A stretch of 64,000 nucleotides of DNA from contig CM035355.1 of assembly GCA_020137815.1 (NCBI GenBank), forward strand, positions 2,046,001 to 2,110,000, in the 5' to 3' direction. This document shows, piece by piece, positions 1-11,500 of this stretch (its first letter is position 1; each line of letters starts with the position of its first letter). A program made the translations under genes and the position numbers. The stretch comes from Hormiphora californensis. Taxonomy: Eukaryota; Animalia; Ctenophora. A model generated the notes under the pieces. It did no database searches. It saw only the letters and a program-made list of their open reading frames with translations, and was not told the DNA's origin.

Positions 1-17
1 CAATCAAGTGACTTGAT

Positions 18-99
18 TCAAGTCACGCCCACCAATCACAGCTCAGAACGCGCGGAGTGCTTTCCGCGTTCTGAGCTGTGATTGGTGGGCGTGACTTGA
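18..99. repeat. Palindromic hairpin (MITE-like)
   Basis: TCAAGTCACGCCCACCAATCACAGCTCAGAACGCG is followed after a ~12-nt loop by its exact reverse complement. Confidence 0.85.
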
Positions 100-804
100 T
101 TGTGCATGACTTGAACATTTCCGAGGGGCCTCATTTTAGGGCAAGAGATGGTCAAAACTACTCAAAAAGTTGGAAAAGAAGCAATTTTTGTTGAGAAATT
201 TGAAGTGCACGCCAGGGACGTCGCTGGGCCTTCGGCCCAGCGCGTACCTGTGCGTCCAGGGGCCTTGGGCGGGAGCCCGGGTCAGGGGGAGTGGGGGGTG
301 AAACCCCCCACAAGCGGGGTCCAGGGGCGCAGCCCCGGCGGGGGTGTAGGGGGCAGAGCCCCCGCAAGCAGGGTCCAGGGGCTGCAAGCCCCGGTGGGGG
401 TCGAGGGGGCGAAGCCCCCGGAAAATTTTGACGTTTTCGCGATGATTTTAACAATCAGAGAGCGCTTGAAAAGTGGAAACAAGAAAGCGACACAGAAGAA
501 GACGAAACGTGAAAACAAGCGTTTTTTGCAAACCGAATGAACATGAACAACGCGCAAACTTTGAAGACTATTGCGCGGTTGTTGTTTAGCGCGTGAACTG
601 CGCGTCACAATCTCGCGCGAAGACCCCTGTTTCAAGTAAAAAGGAGGACCGCGCCTGAACGGATTTGCAGTGAACAGCGGGCCGATGTGACAACATTTCA
701 CTTCTCGTTCATTACGGTGTGCGCGGTAGGGTTATCTATTTGCGCAACGAAAGTCATACTGGAATGTTCGGGCGTCCAGCATGATGACCAGGGGACTTAA
801 GGGG

Positions 805-1079
805 TTCAGAGAATCACTTGCGCGTAGGCAGCAACCCTGTGGGCGAGCCGTACGGGCCGATAGTTAATAATAGTTTTTTAAAGTTTTTAAAAGTTAATAA
901 AAGTTAAAAATGCGCGGCACGCTGAAAAGCCGAAAAAAATTAACTTTTTCAGGGTTCCGCGCATTTTTAACTATTTATAACTTTTATTAACTTTTGAAAA
1001 CTTTAAAAAACTATTATTAACTATCGGCCTGTACGGCTCGCCCACAGGGTTGCTGCCTGCGCGCATATGATTCTCTGAA
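805..1079. mobile_element. Palindromic MITE
   Basis: A long imperfect inverted repeat, GGCAGCAACCCTGTGGGCGAGCCGTAC...GTACGGCTCGCCCACAGGGTTGCTGCC, surrounds an AT-rich core. Confidence 0.75.
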
Positions 1080-1085
1080 TCCATT

Positions 1086-1208
1086 TAAAGTGCGTTTCAA
1101 ACGACTTGACCTGAGATTCCTGGAAATTCAGGATTTCCCCTTTGTAAATACACGCGCAATGCGCCCAATTCCAAGAATTACGGGTCAAGTCGTTTGAAAC
1201 GCACTTTA
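1086..1208. mobile_element. Short TIR element, copy 1 (empty site)
   Basis: TIRs TAAAGTGCGTTTCAAACGACTTGACC and GGTCAAGTCGTTTGAAACGCACTTTA. A second copy lies at 1791-2134. Confidence 0.75.
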
Positions 1209-1417
1209 GACCCCCGGTCCTCATGCTGGACGCCCGAAGTCTCGAAAAGCCAATTCCAAAGATCGATAACCCTAGTGCGCGGCCCATAATTGCGTAGAAA
1301 AACGAAAGTTTTGGCGTGCGCGAGCTCAGTTTGTACAAAACGCTGCAGCGCGCTGAATTTAAAAAATTTTTCAGTTTCACGGAAAAAAAGTTGAGCGTCC
1401 ATGGACGCTTGGACGCA

Positions 1418-1640
1418 TAGTCGAAGCTCTTACGGTAATTCCCACGCCCCGTGGGAAAGTTTTTGACCGTGGGAAAGTTTTCAAAGCGTGGGAAAAGAGA
1501 GATACATACAATAACTATAAAAAATAAATATTTTTTTTCTTAGTTATTGTATGTATCTCTCTTTTCCCACGCTTTGAAAACTTTCCCACGGTTGAAAACT
1601 TTCCCACGGGGCGTGGGAATTACCGTAAGAGCTTCCACTA
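1418..1640. mobile_element. Palindromic MITE
   Basis: Near-perfect ~100-bp inverted arms, GAAGCTCTTACGGTAATTCCCACG...CGTGGGAATTACCGTAAGAGCTTC. Confidence 0.8.
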
Positions 1641-1790
1641 GCACGGTGAGCGACGTCCTGTCTGGCGCCGCGACCCATCTGAGCGCACTGTCGCGCGCTC
1701 AGATTAGATTTGAGAATCAAATTGGGGTCTGGCGCCGCCAGACAGGCGACGTCCCTGGTGCACGCTTCAAAAAAGCCCGCGCGCAGGCTC

Positions 1791-2134
1791 TAAAGTGCGT
1801 TTCAAACGACTTGACCTGAGATTCCTGGAAATTCAGGATTTCCCCTTTGTAAATACACGCGCAATGCGCCAAATTCCAAGAATTATCGGATTTTTTGAAA
1901 CTGTCACCCCCCTGAAATAACAAAATTTGTCATATCTCCGGTTCCTGATAAGATAGAGACTTGAAATTTGGAGGTTCGGAAGAACTTAGCAAGATCTTCG
2001 TAACTTCCAAATTTCAAGTCTCTATCTCATCAGGAACTGGACTTATCGTCATTTAAAGAAATTTGAAAACCCGAGGGGGGTGACAGTTTCAAAAAATCCG
2101 ACTTTACGGGTCAAGTCGCTTGAAACGGACTTTA
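1791..2134. mobile_element. Short TIR element, copy 2, interrupted by a palindromic MITE (1886-2103) at a TTA site
   Basis: Matches 1086-1208 apart from an insert with TIR TCGGATTTTTTGAAACTGTCACCCCC, flanked by a duplicated TTA. Confidence 0.75.
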
Positions 2135-2390
2135 AAAACGCGCTTTGTTATTGGACCCTGCAGCGTATTTTAATTCCAAAATAAAACGTCGCGGCTACTC
2201 CGCGGATTTTCTCACGGTATACCCGCTACGCGCGGTTCACTCCGTCTAATTTCTATTCGGCGATCGCGCGTGCTGTGAAATCAGCTGTATGGATAGAACT
2301 AGAATATGCAAAACTCGAGGGTTTTGGGATAATGAAACAGGCAACAGAATTATCATTGGAATATATAAGCTTACATAAAAACATTCATTT

Positions 2391-5357
2391 CTAAATGTAT
2401 GACCTGCTAATTTTGCTGATTAGAGAATCATCACTTTTGATCCGAAAACTCAGGCTTGTCCCTATGTTCCACTCTCTACCCGAATTGTCCAACGCATTTG
2501 CTGTGATAAAGTAAATCTCAGCACCGCTCCCGGGTTCAATTGTCATCTCCACTTTCATGTACCCTCTCTCTACAGGTACCTCTTTCTCGAACACTGTCTC
2601 TCCCATTCCCTCCACATCACCCTTCTTCCCTCTACCTCCCTTACAGGTGACACACAATAACACATGGCTAACACGTGATACATTTCCCCGGATCACCGCT
2701 TCAACTGTCAGTAGAAGGGACGTGTTAGAGGGGATCCGCATGAAACCTTGCTCTATAGCAGGACTAGTAGCCAAGGCAACACTAGTGGCGTGCTCCTGCA
2801 CAAAGAAAAACATTGGAAGAGAGAATCGTTGTGTTCGTAGTGTAGCTAGTGTGGAGGAGATGGTGGCCAGATGGGGTTTGGTACACAGCTCAGATACAGT
2901 CTCACACCAGGTGTGTAGAGAGGACAGTCTGTCCCGGGGCGAGGCGTCAATCATCCGACTCTGAAGGTCCCTCAAACCATCCTGAAGGGTTGACACCCTG
3001 GACTGGATGAATGTTAGTGTTGGGACTGCCCTGCCCACATCACCTCCCCTCATCTTGGCAACAGCTACAACCCCGCTCAACTGGTGCAGGATCTGGAGTT
3101 GAGACCTCCGCAGGGACAGGAGGCCTCCCTGAAAGTGTGTCTGTGCATTATTAGCCTGACATTTGATGTTCGTAACAGCTTCGTCGTACAGTTTCACACT
3201 CTCCTCCTGGCACCCCGTCTCTGCCTCACAGATCAGGGAGAGAGCCCGAAAGAAGGCTCGGTAGTGGGGATGAGTTGTGGTGAGGTTTGGGAGGGTAACA
3301 GCAGCGATCTCCCATACACCGTTACACATAGCAACCCGGGATACACAGTAAACCGACCACGGACTAAGTGTGACCGTGGATAGGAACTCTGTGACATACC
3401 GCACAATACACTCCCTCACCTTCTCTGTTGAGTGCGTGAAGAGTGTGATTAGGAGCTTGACATAAACCAGTACCCGCTCCACACCACCACCACTAGTGTC
3501 CATGTCAACGTGTTCAGGAGTCAACTTTACCCTGGCCCGTAGTGCAGAGATACAGTAGCACAGCTCAGTGAAGGTAGAGAGGGAGGTGCCGGGGAGTAAA
3601 CTGAACAAGATTGAGGGATCAGAGGATGGTTGTTCGGAGAGTGAATGGAGAAACTTCCGGACTTGTCCTTGATTTCCATCACGGATCACTCGTATCAGCA
3701 TGGGGCAGCCGTTCATCTGGGAAGAAAATGGTGTTAAACAGCTGCAGTGGGTTAGCTAGGCGCTCGTAAAAGTTTTGTTTGTTTGTTTGTTTGTTTGTTT
3801 GTTCGTTTGTTCATGTTTGTTTGTTTGTTTGTTTGTTCGTTTGTTTGTTTGTTCATGTTTGTTTGTTTGTTTGTTTGTTTGTTTGTTTGTTTGTTTGTTT
3901 GTTTGTTTGTTTGTTTGTTTGTTTGTTTGTTTGTTTGTTTGTTTGTTTCTTTGTTTGTTTCTTTGTTTCTTTGTTTGTTTCTTTGTATCACCGCCTATAT
4001 TATTGTGTGTAAAGAACTTACCGAATGTTCAGAACAGGGAAGAAGTTTTACGGAGGAAAGGTAAAGAGGAAGTGCAATGTGTAGTGGCAAATCAGATAGG
4101 GTTTGTTGGGAGAGTAGGTCCCGTGATACAATGTCTTTAGAGGAGCCCTCGCTTAACTTTAGAATCAAATCTGCCACACCTGATAATGTGGTTACAGAGT
4201 GGTTACAGGGTGGTTACAGAGTGGTTATGGAGTAGTTACAGAGTGGTCAATGACCACTGGTCATGGAGTGGTTATACAGAGTGGTTAATTGTAGCGGCGA
4301 GAATTTTCAGAAGCTCTACCTTGAAATTTGATACACACATTCTAAGTTACATTATAAAAAACCATGACTTGCTCCCATTTTGTATCACAGATTAAATATA
4401 TTACCCGTCGATTTACCCAATATTGGCCGGGGCGGGGCGGTATCAAAACAGTAAACACCCAACATTCCAATCTTGTTGGCATGGAAACACATTATAACAG
4501 CTCCTTACCAGGTATAAGTACGATATTGAAGAGAAGTGCCACATCTTCCTCATTCAGTAGTGCCGGCTGGACCATCACCACCTCCTTCAAACACTGCACT
4601 GCTGCACTCCGGACCCTCTCCCTGGGATCCTCAGACAATGTCCGGATGAGAGCGGGTTCACGGACCCGGGTTGCCAGGGTGATGTGTGTCAACACCTGGA
4701 GACAGCCCACAGTAACACTCTCTAGGGCCTGCTGGGAGAGAATATCGAGACAAAGCCCGCGGACAAGATGTCCCTGTCTCAAGGGTTAGGTGCATGGAAC
4801 GCAGGACATCCAGAATTTTAACTTTCTGCTTCTCAGTAGTTGAAAGAGCGGTTAGTAGTTCCTTGAGCTTGGGCACGACAGTCCGGGAGACATCTTGGGA
4901 GACAGCAGCGAACTTCTTGCACGCAAAGAGTGCCGCTTCTCGCTCCATTTCTATATACGAGTCAAGTGCCCGGATGACCGCATGAAGAACGCTCTTTGTC
5001 TCTGGGTAAAGGACTGACGTCACACCTAGCAACCGGAGGGCAATTGACCTAGCAACGCCATCGTTACTATGGGTAACAGAGAGGACGGGACGGAGGAAAA
5101 TCTCCCTACTGTTTATCTTGGTGTGGTGTTGCGTTGTACTCAACATGACCCTCAGTATACACAGCCGGATAAAGTTATCATTACACGAACGGAACATCTC
5201 GGCTAGCTTTTGAAAGGCTGCATCCACTAAAATAGGGAAACGGACATTCCTCCAGTGTGACTGGCAGTCTGACCACGCTCTCACATTGTTCCTCCCGGGT
5301 TGTCGACCGGAGACTTGCTAACACTTGGTTCACCCGCTGCCAGCTAACTGTTTCCAT
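2391..5357 (-). CDS. INTS7: Integrator complex subunit 7 (multi-exon; two 1-nt homopolymer frameshifts near 5235 and 4775)
   Basis: The N-terminus EQCESVVRLP..CPFPILVDAAFQKLAEMF..NFIRLCIL..HSNDGVARSIALRLLG matches the INTS7 N-terminal signature. Exons are approximately 5357-4509, 4179-4022 and 3717-2391 with GT-AG introns. Confidence 0.88.
3775..3985. repeat. (GTTT)n microsatellite in an INTS7 intron
   Basis: Read directly from the sequence. Confidence 0.95.
4188..4287. repeat. Degenerate 11-bp GTGGTTACAGA tandem repeat in an intron
   Basis: Several adjacent copies next to the exon acceptor. Confidence 0.7.
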
Positions 5358-5580
5358 GGCAACACAGGCTAAAGAATTGTGGTGTTAGTGACGTGTACTA
5401 TAATTATTGGAATGCAAATTGTAAACGTGTGGGTTGTAAAGGAATTATTTTTACAAAAATTAGCTATAAAAATTTTCTATACATTTCACTTTTTACGAAT
5501 ATAAAAAAACAGCACTTTTAATCAAACTTTTAAGTCTTTTGCAGATAAAAATTAAACGTTTTTACAAATTTCAGGAGTGA

Positions 5581-8500
5581 TTATAGTTCCGACAGGCGTT
5601 CATGAAGCCCTGTAGCAGAAATCCTCTGGGCCTCATTAAACATTAAACATTCAGTAAGTATTCCCCTAACATCAGCATCATAATTATCATCACCCAGCTC
5701 TCCAAATAAAGGTTGTCCAGTACTCGAAATTAAAAGATCTCCATTACGAAGTAAATCATCTCGATAATTACGGAAGAGCATATAATTCATGAATCCAACA
5801 AGCTCCGGATGGCAGAGTAGCTCAAGTCCAAAAATCCCAATCATCCACACGTCAGACTTGTAGCTTGGAACGGGACATGGTTGGAACGTCTGGATCGATT
5901 CCATTCGGCGGCCTTGTTTCCAGACGTAGTAATTACGCTCAGGTGAAGCCCAAATTGGGTTAAAATCGGCGATTTGTAGAGACTCATGACGTGACCTGCC
6001 TTCAGGAAGAACGGCCGAAAGTCCAAAATCGATTATCTTAAAAACAGGGTTTGTGTCATCGCCAGAAACGGTAACATTATCTTTACGTATGTCCCGGTGA
6101 AGAAGTCGTTTCCCATGAAGGTACTTCACGGCATCGGAGACATGGAGCAGAGCCAGTTTTGTATGGCTATCAGGAATTTCAACATTATTATACCTTGTCC
6201 CGATTGGTTCTCCAGCGAACTCCAAAACAAGGAAGATGAACCGATCTCTCTGCTGCCCAAAGAGTATCGGGCCCTTTAGAATCCTCATAACATTGGGGTG
6301 GGATAGATCCAGCATATGGCCAGCCTCCTTAATTATGCGATTGTATACCAAGTCTGAAAGAGAACATGTGTAAACCTAAGTAATTGAAACACTCGTGAGC
6401 TGTTTGTTTATGTTACAAGCACACATTATTGTTATATAAGTATCTTATGATAGCAATGGAGACGTATGCAAAGGGAAGTTTCAGGCTTTTCGGCACTACT
6501 TTAAACAAATTAATTTGAGGACGCAATGTTCTTGGATTAACAGCCTGTTTTAGCCATGGAGTTTTAGGAATGGTTGTTAACAACGCCTCCAACATGATTC
6601 TAGACAACACACCTCTAGAGGAAGTCTTTACCAGGGTATCATCGCCCGTGTTGGAGAGGATTATACAGATTGTACAAAAGGAGCTAGAGAGGCGTAAGAG
6701 AGATGGAGTACCAGAAAAGGATCCGAATCAGTTTGTTACCCACCACGGGAGATATGTTTCTGATGATGACCTCGAGATGATGAAATGGGAAGTAGGAGGA
6801 TTAACTGGCAAGAATACCTGGCTTACTAACACTGGGTGTCCCTACGGGTGGGCCAATGTGGACCTGGCACCCAAGGACATAGCTAAATACCCGAACATCG
6901 ATAAGCTGATGGGGAGGATTAACAAGGAACAAGGGACTGAGTTTAACTCCTGCCTAGTCACTAGATACCGAAAAGGGGACGGCGTGGGATACCACTCAGA
7001 TTTCGAGACTTCGCTGGTGGACAACTCACCCATCACCGTCGTGACCGTCGGCAACGACGGTGCTGTAGATTTCATTCCCTACCTTGGAGATGGCAGGATG
7101 CGGCCTAAGCTGTCTATAACCACTAAGGATGGTGATGCGTACACCATGAAGCCAGGGTGCCAAGAGCACTTTAAGCACCGTGCGCAAAAGGTTGAGCATG
7201 GCGTGAGATATGCCCTGTCTTTTAGGAAGAGGCACAAAACATCGCCTCCAGAACCAACTCCACCTGCACCAACCCCAGCTAAGTCCCAGAAGGTGCCCCA
7301 GTTCGCAGTACACCCGTCTCGGGTGGAAGCTCCAGCATCACAGATGACTTTGTCGCCAACCTCGCCGCCTGCCGTAGATGGGTATCAGGAAGAGAACTCT
7401 GTACTCCCTACCAGATCGCCCCTTCTACCAACACCAACACTGCCGAACCCCAGACTGACACCAAGGACACTTCTACTAGGAACCAGTATGACGAAGTGGA
7501 TCCACGAGGACCCGGCGCTAGTGACCATCTCGATTTCAGGGGCGAGACTTTGTAGGCCGAATGAGAACTGGAGGGGGAGTTTGGCTATGGATATGTTGAA
7601 AGGACTGGAAGTAACGCACCCATGTCTAGAGGTTAATAAGGTTATTTTGGCGTTTGGGACCAATGATATCAGATATTGGGGAGGGTTTGTAAGGTCGAGT
7701 AAGGGAAAAGGGAGTGTGTATTTATGCCTTATATAAGGCATATGTAGATTTAGTTAGGGAGGTTAAGAGAAGGTTTGGGGAGGATACCGAGATCGTTCTC
7801 GCTACGGTTATCCCTCTCAGACCTGATAGTGGTTGGATAGCGAGTAACGTGTTCATGTTCAATCGTTCTCTGCTCTCTACCCAGTTCTCTGCTCTCTACT
7901 CAGTTCTCTGCTCTCTACTCAGTTCTCTGCTCTCTACTCAGTTCTCTGCTCTCTACTCTGCACTACGTTTGATTTCTACATCCTAATCAGCCCCCCTGTA
8001 GTGCGCTCACTCGCTTTATAGTGAACGAACAAACCAACGCCTAAACAACAATTTGAGTAAGGAGTAGGGATGTCAGGTTCTGATTCAAAAAGACCGATCC
8101 GGAATCCTCAGTCTAAGAGCCCTATTTCTGATTTGTTTCTGCCCGGTGCCCCGCCAATTACGACTAAGAAGCAGCTCCAGTCGAAATTCAGTAATCTTGA
8201 TCTGTATGACGTGTTTCTTGCAGTTCTAATCAACCACCAAGCGAGTACTACTCTTGTTGCTGAGTTGTCGAATAAAGTTGTGGAACTAGAGGAACAAATT
8301 GACGATTTGAAAGAAGATATGGTGGATCTAAAGACGAAGTCCCGAGATCTGGATGACCGACTACTGCGACAGGAGGCCTACTCAGGTCGAAATACGATCA
8401 TTGTGGCAGGTCTTCCGGAGGATGATTCTGAAACACCTGATTCTCTCGAGGACAATCTTGTGGACATGCTCAAGAAGTCAGACCCCACCATCACCAGACA

Positions 8501-11500
8501 AGATATAGGAATTGCCCACCGCAATGGGAAGACTAAGAAGCCTGGTTCAGCTGGCCGATCTATCACCTGTGTTCTGACGAGAGCTTCTAGGAAAGACACG
8601 TTGATGAGGAAGGACAGCCGCAGCAAGCTGAAGACTAACCACGAGGTGATTCTTTTCCACCGCTTGTCCGAGGGACTCAGACGGAGGAAGAAGGATTTAG
8701 AAGAATTAGCTTGTGTCAAATGGGTGGCCTTTTCGGGTCACCGCTTGTTTACTGTGTGTGTAAAGAAAGATGATGGTAAAGACAATTTTATCAAAAATGT
8801 ACTAAGAACAGAGGATGTAACAGAACAGAACTAGTTTTACTACGCACTAATTTTGTTCCTATTTCTTTCCCCCTCTCTGTCTCACATTTTCTGTGTGTGA
8901 GTGGAGGAATGGAATGTGTTCCAGATTGTTCTGTGCTACTTCTGTAACCTATTTATTTTCATCTTAGATTTTACCCCTTTCATTTTATCCTTCTAGCTTA
9001 TTTGTATAATTGACATTTGACATGTTTAACTTAACTTGGTCAATTATTAGTTATTTTGCCTTACTAACACCTGCTATCCCTCTCCCACCATTGCATGACA
9101 TGAATTTTGTTTGGGTTGACACATGTGAGGAGGAGATGAGGAGACGGAGGAGGTTCTGCTGCTGTTGCTGCTGTTGTTGCTGGTTCTATTGGGCACAGGT
9201 TAGTTCTACTACCATTCCCCCTACCCCTATATCTCTCTCCAACCTTAATATCTTACTTTTGGTTATCTGCAATTGCTCTATACTTAACCCTGGACCTCGT
9301 GGCCTCAAAGTTATTTATAACAATGTTCAGGGGCTGGTGAGTCCAGGTCATCTAGACTCGGTCTCCCCTCCCCTGAATATGACCAAAGTTTTCGAGATCC
9401 AGGATTTTGTGTATGGTAATTCTGCTGATATCATAATTCTGAACGAAACTTGGCTGAAACCCAAGATTAGTTCTGAACTTATCTTTCCCACCAATTATAA
9501 AGTCTTCAGATTAGATCGCTCTGGGCACACCCACCCCCGTGATCCCTCAAATCCCACTAGATTTAGGGAGAATGGAGGTGGTGTCCTCATTGCACACCGG
9601 GAAAACATTTCTATTTCTAGTTTCAAATTCTCTAAACCAAACGTTAAAGCAGAGCTTCTAACCATTTTTCTCTCTCTCTCTAACGGGAAGAAGCTCTGTT
9701 TTTCAACTTTCTACCGGGTGGGGACGCTTGGAGATGATAACTTTGCTGAATTCAAGCAGCACTTTGATTGCTTGTTCTCAGCTAGGAACATATCCAAACA
9801 CGTCCTTATCGGCGATTTTAACTTTTCTCATGTCAACTGGCCGGCCTCTCTGCCACGCAATCGTGTGGAGGAGTTATTTCTATCTTATCTTCTAGATGAC
9901 CTAGGTCATTCTCAACTTATTAACTCCTCCACACACAGCAAGGGCCGAACTCTAGATCTATGTTTTACCAACGACCCTGCGTGTGTGACAGACATCGACA
10001 TTTTAGACCAACATAGCTTGTGCTATAGTGACCACTTTCCTATTTCTATTTTGATTGATGTCGATGTAGGTCCCATTCGCCAGGCGCGGAGAAACATACG
10101 TATCTATGATAAAGGGGACTATGAGTCCTTTAATTCTGACCTGAGCTTTATTGACTGGGTTACTGAATTCTCGGGCGACATAGATTACAACGTTAACAGA
10201 TTCAACATCATTGTCACCACCCTCATAGATAAGTACATTCCTATCAAGTCTGTCAAACCCATCCTTCTCCCCATCTGGTATAATCACGAGTGTGAGAGTG
10301 CAAGGGTTAGGAAGGAAAATCTAAGAAAACGTTGGAAGAACTCTAGTTCTGAGACTGACTTGGATAACTTCAAAGCCGCGAGAAAGCATTTCAAGAACGT
10401 GTGTGAATCTAGTGCGAGACTTTACTGTGATGTTGATGATCATGATGTAGTAAGTAGGAAATTTTGGAGGCAAGTAAAAGTAACCTCCAAGTCTACCAGG
10501 ATACCCCCCACTGTCAACAATGGGACGGTGTTCAGGTCAGTTTTGGAGGAACAAGCTGATCTTTTCAATGAACAATTTGCCTCTAATTTTTCTGAAGCTA
10601 GCACATATGACATTGACACTGATAGTACTGACAGTTCCATTGATTGTGATTTCTCTGCTAGCTCTGTTTATCAAGTTCTCTCTAAACTTAATGCCCGCAA
10701 AGGTCCAGGACCTGATAACATCCACAGCATTGTATTCAAGAGATGTGCGGGGTCCCTGGCGTTTCCTCTGTCTCTCCTCTTTGAACAGGCGTACAGTGGC
10801 GGTGGTCTACCAGCAATCTGGAAGACAGCCAATGTTGTCCCTGTTCACAAGTCGGGTGACAAGAGGGATGTCAGGAACTACCGTCCAATTTCACTGACCT
10901 GCATTGCTAGCAAAGTTTATGAGAGAATTGTCACCAGCCGTTTGTTGGACCATTGCTATGACATGATAGATAGCAGACAGCATGGGTTTTTACCTGGTAG
11001 AAGTTGTCTCACCCAGCTGATATCTGTCTATGATGACCTAGCTTTGAATGATAACGACAAGCGCACCTCTGACCTGATTCTATTTGATTTCTCCAAAGCG
11101 TTTGACAGTGTTAATCATGACTTACTCCTTTCTAAACTTCAACTAAATTTTGGGATAACTGGTAAGATGCTGTCGTTTATCCGAAACTATCTTATTGGTC
11201 GATCTCAGAGAGTTGTGATAGGCGGGAAGATTTCATCTAACCTCAGCGTTCTTTCGGGAGTTCCCCAGGGCAGCATTTTAGGTCCCCTCCTCTTCATTCT
11301 ATTCATTAATGATATCACTGAGTGTGTGAGTGGTGAGTGTAAGATCGCCTTGTATGCTGATGATCTGAAACTTTGGTCTAGGATCAATGGTATGCAAGAT
11401 CACACTGACATGCAAATCTCTGTTGACAACCTTTACAAATGGTCTAACATTAACAAGATGAAGTTTCATCCTAGTAAGTGCAAAGTAATTTCTACCAGTT

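Larger units (their letters stand above)
213..1757. mobile_element. Non-autonomous hAT-like composite DNA element carrying nested MITEs
   Basis: TIRs are CAGGGACGTCGC and GCGACGTCCCTG. An 8-bp TSD GTGCACGC lies on both sides (205-212, 1758-1765). No transposase ORF. Confidence 0.8.

Noticed and set aside
136-701. GC-rich overlapping ORFs
   Set aside because: They lie in the subterminal GC-rich repeats of a non-autonomous element and show no transposase motifs.
3752-4140. ORFs of FVCL/TNKQ repeats
   Set aside because: These are translations of the (GTTT)n microsatellite.
4770-5240. Frameshifts in INTS7 suggesting a pseudogene or programmed frameshifting
   Set aside because: Both are +1 in short homopolymers (CCC, GGG) in an essential gene. 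Similar indels occur at ~14910, ~17910 and ~20820, so sequencing error is most likely.
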